A DNA stretch of 32,000 nt from Halomicronema hongdechloris C2206 (GTDB lineage Bacteria; Cyanobacteriota; Cyanobacteriia; Phormidesmidales; Phormidesmidaceae): positions 5,220,001 to 5,252,000 of the forward strand of contig NZ_CP021983.2 of assembly GCF_002075285.3 (NCBI RefSeq), in the 5' to 3' direction. How positions within the stretch are numbered: position 1 is the stretch's first letter; every line of letters begins with the position of its first letter. This document shows positions 26,528 through 32,000 of this stretch, one piece after another. Made by a program: the position numbers and the translations under genes. The notes below the pieces were generated by a model. That model saw nothing but the letters and a program-made list of their open reading frames with translations, was not told where the DNA came from and ran no database searches.

Positions 26528-29365
26528 TTATCGATCATCACGGCTAATGAGTAGGGCCACGGGAAAGGTTTGTAGAATCTTGCCGATAGAGATTTGGGAC
26601 TGGTCTAAGATTTCAAGATCGGTGAGGGCATCCTGCCAGGGCCCCCGCAGAGCACTGGGAATGCTCACATGGGTATCGGCCCAGACGGCATTGCCCAGCG
26701 GTTCTTGATCCGGAGTAATCAAGCTGGTCAAGAAGCGGGGAGCAATGGCAATGGCGGTGGTATTGCCGGCATGGCGGGCGAAGGCAATCACATGGTCGGC
26801 AAACTGACCATTGACCACTAAGGGATAATAGTCACCGGTTTGAAACACCTCTAGATACTGCTGCCGCGCCGCCAAGGCCCGGATAATCAAAAACAGCTTC
26901 AGGCGACCGTCATAACGAGTGGCCTTCAGGTCAGACAGCAGGCTAGTCATGCCGGTTTGGCAGCGACGTTTAATCTCCTGCAGAAAGGATAGACGCTCGT
27001 CGTAGTCTACCGGGCGGCGGTTGTCGGGATCGACCAGACTCAAATCCCACAGTTCAGTGCCCTGGTAGAAGTCAGGCACCCCCGGGGAAGCAATCTTCAG
27101 TAGCGTCTGGGACAGGGAGTTGTAGAGGCCGTAGGCGGCCACCTTTTCCTGAAACGGACGAAATGCCCGGAAGAACTCATTGTCTGGGCTGGGATCGAGA
27201 ATCGCCTGCACGAACCGGATAAATCCGGCCTCGTATTCGGTATCCGCCCGTAGCCAGGCGGTGTAGACCTTAGCTTCCCGCACGGCCTTCACCACATACT
27301 GGGTAATGCGCTCTAGGAAGGTGCCATGGTCGGTGCCGAAATGATCGTCTTTACCATTGCTGTAGGGAATCTGTTGAAAGGGATAGATGCCCACCAGGGT
27401 CTGATAGAGAAAATATTCATCGTTGGCATCGGGAATCACCCGTTTAGCAGTCGTTTGCTTATGGGGCTGGTTCAGCTGCTGCCAGTGGTGCACCTGCTGC
27501 GCCCATTCCTGGGGAATTTCCGAGAGCACATTGAGGCGGGCCCGCATGTCTTCGCTGCGTTTGGTGTCGTGGGTGGCGGTGGCGTTGAGGGCATGGGGCC
27601 AATGGGCTAGGGTCTTTTGATTGAAGTGGTGGAAGTCGTCGATGGCGATGCCAAAGTGGTCGGGATGGCCCCCCACTTCATTCAGGGAAATCAGCCGGTT
27701 GTAGACGTAGAACAGGGTATCTTCAATGCCCTTGGCCATCAGGGGGCCAGAAAATTGCTGGAAGCGCATGACAAAGTGCAGCCACTGATTTTTTTCGTCG
27801 TCAGACAGAAAATCTTCGAAATTCAGCAGCAGTAGTTTTTCAATCAGGGTGAGTTCGTTCACCAGTTGAGGTATGCGTTGCTTGGCCTGGGCGATGGCCG
27901 TTTCGATATAGTGTTGATCCCGCTGACTGATGCCATTGCGATTGACATAGGTGCAGTAGATAGGAAACTGCACCAGCACCTCTAAGATGCTCTTTTTGAG
28001 GCCACTGAGGGTAAAGTCGCGGCCATAGCGGTACTGGCCGGCGATGCGCTTCAGCAGGTGAGCCAGGTTGTCCACATCCCCGACTAGATTGGTTTCGGCG
28101 ATCAGGCGCTTTTTGGCGATCACCATGTCGGCATAGCGGTCGGTGACGCCACTGACCTGACGATAGATGTCGTTGAAGGCCGATTCATGGGCCTGACAAC
28201 AAAACAGACTATTGACTTGGTTCAAGAAGTCATAGCCAGAGGTGCCCTGGATCGGCCACCAATTGGGCAGCTCTTCATTCAGCTCGAGAATCTTTTCCAC
28301 GACCAGGAAAATATCGTCGAGTTTCTCCCGCAGGCGCCGCAGATATTGGGTGGGATCATAGAGGCCATCCAGGTGGTCGATGCGGAGGCCAGTGAAATGC
28401 TCTGACTGCACCAGTTGGCTAATCAGGTGATGGGTTTTCTGGAAGACGCGATGATCTTCGACCCGAACGCAGATTAACTCATTGATGGTGAAGAAGCGGC
28501 GGTAATTGAGTTCTTCCGCTCCCACTTTCCAAAAGGCTAACCGGAAAAATTGTTCAGAGAGCAAACCATCGAGCAGTTCGAAGCTCTCGGGGCGACCGAC
28601 TTTGCCATTGAACAGCTTGAGGTTGTGGTCGATGAAGGCTTTGACGTCGTCATTGCTGCTGTAGAGTTCCCACAGCAGGTCTTTGACGAATTCGACCTGG
28701 TCTTTGCGTTCCCGGCCGGTGGTTTCAGCGGAGATATTCTTGACGATGTAGAGAATCCCTAGCAGCTTCATGAAATCAGAGCTGCTGCGACCGAGGCTGC
28801 GGGAGAGACGCCCCAGATCGTGAGTGAGGAAACGGGCGTAGGATTCTATCCGCAGGGGAATGCGCAGATGGTAGTAGTTGATGTGGAGACCAGCAGCGCT
28901 GTAGTCAAGCTGAATTTCGCCGTTTTCTAGGCATTTACCGTAGAAGTCCCCCAGCATCGGGGTGAGCAACTTGCCTTTGAAGTCGTCGTAGGGATGTTCC
29001 CATTCGATGTCGAAGTAGTCGGCATATTCGGAGTCGGGGCCATGCTCCAGAATATCCATCAGAAAGGGATTCTGGCTGTCATAGGCCATGTGATTGGGGA
29101 CGATGTCCTGCACCCAGCCCATGGCCAGGTCGTGCAGGGTGTCCATCAGGGCCGTGAAGTCGTCTTCGCTGCCCAGTTCTGGATTGAGCTGATTGGGATC
29201 GACGATGTCGTAACCGTGGCCGCTCCCCTGGCGAGCTTTGAAAATGGGGGACGCATAGATATCGGAAATGCCCAGTTCAGCCAGATACGACAGGATATGC
29301 TGAGCATCGCTAAAGCCAAACTCAGGCCGCATTTGGAGTCGATAGGTGGCGATGGGAATACGCAT
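26528..29365 (-). CDS. treY: malto-oligosyltrehalose synthase
   Basis: The ORF opens at TTG 29389. ATG 29365 gives MRIPIATYRLQMRPEFGF...LGISDIYASPIFKARQGSGHGYDIVD, the typical TreY N-terminus. About 945 aa. Confidence 0.92.
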   Translation of the reverse strand: MRIPIATYRLQMRPEFGFSDAQHILSYLAELGISDIYASPIFKARQGSGHGYDIVDPNQLNPELGSEDDFTALMDTLHDLAMGWVQDIVPNHMAYDSQNPFLMDILEHGPDSEYADYFDIEWEHPYDDFKGKLLTPMLGDFYGKCLENGEIQLDYSAAGLHINYYHLRIPLRIESYARFLTHDLGRLSRSLGRSSSDFMKLLGILYIVKNISAETTGRERKDQVEFVKDLLWELYSSNDDVKAFIDHNLKLFNGKVGRPESFELLDGLLSEQFFRLAFWKVGAEELNYRRFFTINELICVRVEDHRVFQKTHHLISQLVQSEHFTGLRIDHLDGLYDPTQYLRRLREKLDDIFLVVEKILELNEELPNWWPIQGTSGYDFLNQVNSLFCCQAHESAFNDIYRQVSGVTDRYADMVIAKKRLIAETNLVGDVDNLAHLLKRIAGQYRYGRDFTLSGLKKSILEVLVQFPIYCTYVNRNGISQRDQHYIETAIAQAKQRIPQLVNELTLIEKLLLLNFEDFLSDDEKNQWLHFVMRFQQFSGPLMAKGIEDTLFYVYNRLISLNEVGGHPDHFGIAIDDFHHFNQKTLAHWPHALNATATHDTKRSEDMRARLNVLSEIPQEWAQQVHHWQQLNQPHKQTTAKRVIPDANDEYFLYQTLVGIYPFQQIPYSNGKDDHFGTDHGTFLERITQYVVKAVREAKVYTAWLRADTEYEAGFIRFVQAILDPSPDNEFFRAFRPFQEKVAAYGLYNSLSQTLLKIASPGVPDFYQGTELWDLSLVDPDNRRPVDYDERLSFLQEIKRRCQTGMTSLLSDLKATRYDGRLKLFLIIRALAARQQYLEVFQTGDYYPLVVNGQFADHVIAFARHAGNTTAIAIAPRFLTSLITPDQEPLGNAVWADTHVSIPSALRGPWQDALTDLEILDQSQISIGKILQTFPVALLISRDDR

Positions 29366-29412
29366 GGGGATTTCCAGCCGTGACGGCAAGGGTGCTGAAC
29401 TGTCAATGTCAA

Positions 29413-31254
29413 TTAGGTGTTGTGTTCGTATAGCACGCAGCTATGGGCAGGTAGGGGACAGGCGGTGGGCCCGGCCAAGGTGGGGGGAGCGGTGGCCCCA
29501 GGCCCTAACCACTGCTCGTCGGCGGAGTCGAGACATTTACTCCAAATGCCGTCCTGGACGATGTCGTGGCTGGCGGCAGCAGGGGCAAAGTTGAGTAACC
29601 AGAGCAGCTGCTGGCCTTTGTCGTGGCGATAAACCTGGACCAGGGGCGGATCGTTGCTGGCATTGGCGGTGAGGGTGTGGCGCTCCCGCTGGCGCAGGAT
29701 GGGGTGATGCGATCGCAGCTGCAGCAATTGCCGATAGAACCGCCACAGCACCCCATGGTGATCGTGATGACGCTGCTGCCAATTTAGGGTACTCTGCTGC
29801 ACCGTCTTGGGGCTGGCGGCATCGGGGGGCTGCCCCTGCAGGTGAAAGGCTTCGAATTCCCGCTGGCGGCCCTGGCGCACCGCCTCGATCAGATCGGCGT
29901 CACCATGGCTGACGAAATAGAGAAAGGGAGCGGTCTCGCCATACTCTTCTCCCATAAACATCAAGGGGATGTAGGGAGACAGCACGGTGGTGGCCGCCGC
30001 CAGCTTCAGGGCCTCAAACCCCACCAGGGTCGAGAGGCGCTCTCCCAGCATGCGGTTGCCCACCTGGTCGTGGTTCTGGGCACAGACCACAAATTGCTGG
30101 GGCGGACAATCGCTGGCATCACTGCCGTGGTAGCGACGGCGGTGACGGGAATAGGCCCAATCGTAGACAAACCCAGCCTGCAGGGCCTTGGCCAACTGCT
30201 CGGCCTGACCAAAGTCTTGGTAATAGCCGCTTTGTTCGCCGGTGAGCAAGGTGTGCAAACAGTGGTGAAAGTCGTCGCTCCACTGGGCGGCTAGGCCATA
30301 GCCACCGCGCTGGGGGGGATGAATCACCCGCACATCGTTGAGGTCACTCTCGGCAATCAGATAATAGGGACGGCCCCGCTCCTGACTCAGGGCTTGGGTG
30401 GCCTGCTGCAGTTCCGCCAGGATGTGCTTGGCGCCAAAGTCGTAGATGGCGTGGATGGCATCTAGGCGCAGGGCGTCGATGTGATAGTGGCAAAACCAAT
30501 GCCGGATATTGTCCACCACAAACTGGCGTACCCCAGGACTGTGGGGACCATCGAAGTTAATGGCCGCTCCCCAGGGGGTGCGGTAGGTGTCGGTGAAGTA
30601 GGGGCCGAAATCGGCGGTGTAATTTCCCTCCGGACCAAAATGGTTATAGACCACGTCCAGCACCACGGCCAGCCCCTGCTGGTGGCAGGCATCCACCAGG
30701 CGCTTCAGCCCCTCCGGTCCGCCATAGGAGTGCTGTACGGCAAAGGGATAGACGCCGTCGTAGCCCCAGTTGCGATCCCCAGGAAATTGAGCCACCGGCA
30801 TCAGCTCTAGGGCCGTAATGCCCAACTCCTTGAGCTCGGCCAGACGAGGAATAATGGCGTCGAAGCAGCCCTCTGGGGTAAAGGTGCCGACGTGCAGCTC
30901 ATAGATGACGTAGTCCGCCAGCGGCACCCCAGTCCACTCGCGGTCGGCCCAGGCAAAGGCACCGTGGTCAACCACCACCGAGGGACCATGGACGCCCTGG
31001 GGCTGATGGTGGGAGGCAGGATCAGGACGGGTAATCTCGTTGTCTAACCGGAACTGATAGGTGCTGCCAGGCGGGATCTGGTCAGCAACACCTTGCCAAT
31101 ACCCACCAGCTGTTGGCTCCAGGGGAAGCTGACGGGGCTGGGGAGCCAGAATTTCCACGCTCACCTGCTGGCGTTGGGGCGCCCATAGGGTGAAGTGGCA
31201 ACGATGGTCTCCCAGGTACTGGGCACCGAGGGTCATGTTAGCGATAGCATCCAT
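29413..31254 (-). CDS. treZ: malto-oligosyltrehalose trehalohydrolase (GH13)
   Basis: Motifs: LGAQYLGDHRCHFTLWAP, YELHVGTFTPEG, NWGYDGV, VVLDVVYNHFGPEGNY, ALRLDAIHAI, IAESDLND, QNHDQVGNR. Start candidates are GTG 31305 (abutting the pgeF stop), ATG 31254 and ATG 31236. Confidence 0.92.
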   Translation of the reverse strand: MDAIANMTLGAQYLGDHRCHFTLWAPQRQQVSVEILAPQPRQLPLEPTAGGYWQGVADQIPPGSTYQFRLDNEITRPDPASHHQPQGVHGPSVVVDHGAFAWADREWTGVPLADYVIYELHVGTFTPEGCFDAIIPRLAELKELGITALELMPVAQFPGDRNWGYDGVYPFAVQHSYGGPEGLKRLVDACHQQGLAVVLDVVYNHFGPEGNYTADFGPYFTDTYRTPWGAAINFDGPHSPGVRQFVVDNIRHWFCHYHIDALRLDAIHAIYDFGAKHILAELQQATQALSQERGRPYYLIAESDLNDVRVIHPPQRGGYGLAAQWSDDFHHCLHTLLTGEQSGYYQDFGQAEQLAKALQAGFVYDWAYSRHRRRYHGSDASDCPPQQFVVCAQNHDQVGNRMLGERLSTLVGFEALKLAAATTVLSPYIPLMFMGEEYGETAPFLYFVSHGDADLIEAVRQGRQREFEAFHLQGQPPDAASPKTVQQSTLNWQQRHHDHHGVLWRFYRQLLQLRSHHPILRQRERHTLTANASNDPPLVQVYRHDKGQQLLWLLNFAPAAASHDIVQDGIWSKCLDSADEQWLGPGATAPPTLAGPTACPLPAHSCVLYEHNT

Positions 31255-31305
31255 GGTTTGGATCTTAGGGCGAAATGCCGAAAATGGATGGTATCGTCGG
31301 CTCAC

Positions 31306-32000
31306 TTAGGCGACAGCGGGGCTGGCGGTGCTGACAATGCCAGACCATTGCACTTTCTTTTCCCGGCTGCGGCGGTAGGAGAAGAAGTGCTGGGGTTCCT
31401 GGTAGGTGCAGTGGGGTGCGATCGCAACTTGCTCTAGGGCGATGCCTAGGTGCATCAATTGCATCAGATTGGCTCGCCGTACATCCAGCCGGAACCGCCC
31501 CAGGGTCGGATCCGGTCCAATCGGAGAGTCGGTTAAGGCCTGCACCTTAACCAGGAACGTGTCAGGATCCTCGTCAACATCCATCGCTACAATACTGCGA
31601 CCCACCTCCAGAGCCACCGGAGTCGACACCTGATACATCTTCCCGGCAATAGCTGGTCCCATGGCCACCCGCAAGTCTGCCAGGCGGCTACCTTGAGTCT
31701 GCAGCCGTCGAATCGCCTGGGGGACCACCTGCTGAGCCGTGCCCCGCCAACCGGCATGCACTGCCGCCACATGGCCACTGCGACCATCGGCAATCAGCAC
31801 CGGGTTGCAATCCGCCGTACAGACCCACATGGCCTGCCAGGGCTGGGTCGAGACCAACGCGTCTGCCTCTGGTCGCTGCACCGTCTTCAGATCCAGAGGC
31901 CGAGTCGCCAGGGCCACCTCATCGGCCCCCAGCACCCGATTGCCGTGCACCTGTCTGACTCGATACACCGGGGCCTGCTCCCGCAGTGCTGCCACCATTG
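31306..32000 (-). CDS. pgeF: peptidoglycan editing factor PgeF / YfiH (DUF152 laccase-domain) protein, probably 5'-truncated by the window edge
   Basis: Motifs: RQVHGNRV, ADALVS, CTADCNPVLI, VAAVHAGWRGT, GPAI, FFSYRR. Only 16 aa precede QVHG, where homologues usually have about 50-60. The ATG at 31998 is therefore probably internal. Confidence 0.85.
   Translation of the reverse strand, partial: MVAALREQAPVYRVRQVHGNRVLGADEVALATRPLDLKTVQRPEADALVSTQPWQAMWVCTADCNPVLIADGRSGHVAAVHAGWRGTAQQVVPQAIRRLQTQGSRLADLRVAMGPAIAGKMYQVSTPVALEVGRSIVAMDVDEDPDTFLVKVQALTDSPIGPDPTLGRFRLDVRRANLMQLMHLGIALEQVAIAPHCTYQEPQHFFSYRRSREKKVQWSGIVSTASPAVA

Noticed and set aside
26528-29389. treY looks about 5% lower in GC than treZ and other neighbours, which could hint at a different origin.
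   Set aside because: This is based on hand counts of a few 60-nt lines. The difference is small and could be explained by the K/N/F/Y/I-rich protein composition. HIP1 is present nearby. It would need a proper GC3 or codon-adaptation calculation.
26528-31305. Long antisense ORFs inside treY/treZ (e.g. 28994-29383, 29842-30294, 30481-30810). Similar ones lie inside menC (306-785), mnmE (9072-9545), DJ-1 (17920-18363) and the membrane gene (20653-21039).
   Set aside because: All lie opposite genes with strong family motifs. They have Arg/Gly/Pro-rich or otherwise skewed compositions typical of antisense frames in GC-rich DNA, and none carries a motif I recognise.

Overview
This window reads as an ordinary core-chromosome segment of a moderately GC-rich cyanobacterium. 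Supporting that origin are 15 perfect copies of the HIP1 octamer GCGATCGC, the phylloquinone genes menC-menE, a DUF4336 gene and a trehalose cluster. I can support about 30 protein-coding genes:
- menC (5'-truncated) and menE
- a creatininase-family gene
- a frameshifted beta-CASP/MBL hydrolase, preceded by an untracked 40-aa membrane ORF
- selO, a DUF2062 gene and mnmE
- a pstS-family gene with a Pho-box-like upstream array and a hairpin terminator
- two tandem TonB-like genes
- map, eda, a DUF4336 gene and a MOSC gene
- DJ-1/PfpI, SDR and sixA
- a large multi-pass membrane protein, a SAM methyltransferase and an aminotransferase
- a compact minus-strand string pgeF-treZ-treY-treH-DUF2293

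I found no rRNA, tRNA, CRISPR, transposase or integrase, and no recognisable defence or toxin-antitoxin module. I do not see a convincing novel multi-gene system here. The features most worth a second look:
1. A perfect 30-unit heptanucleotide array (TTCTGCC/TTCTACC, 210 nt) that ends 13 nt before the mnmE start codon.
2. Reading-frame breaks at homopolymer runs in the MBL gene (G10) and probably in menC. These are either assembly indels or real pseudogenisation/slippage sites.
3. A tandem pair of proteins sharing a TonB-type SxxxH membrane anchor, only one of which has a TonB C-terminal domain.
4. A zinc-ribbon/DUF2293 gene appended to the trehalose genes.

All family assignments come from motif recognition by eye. 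No searches were run.
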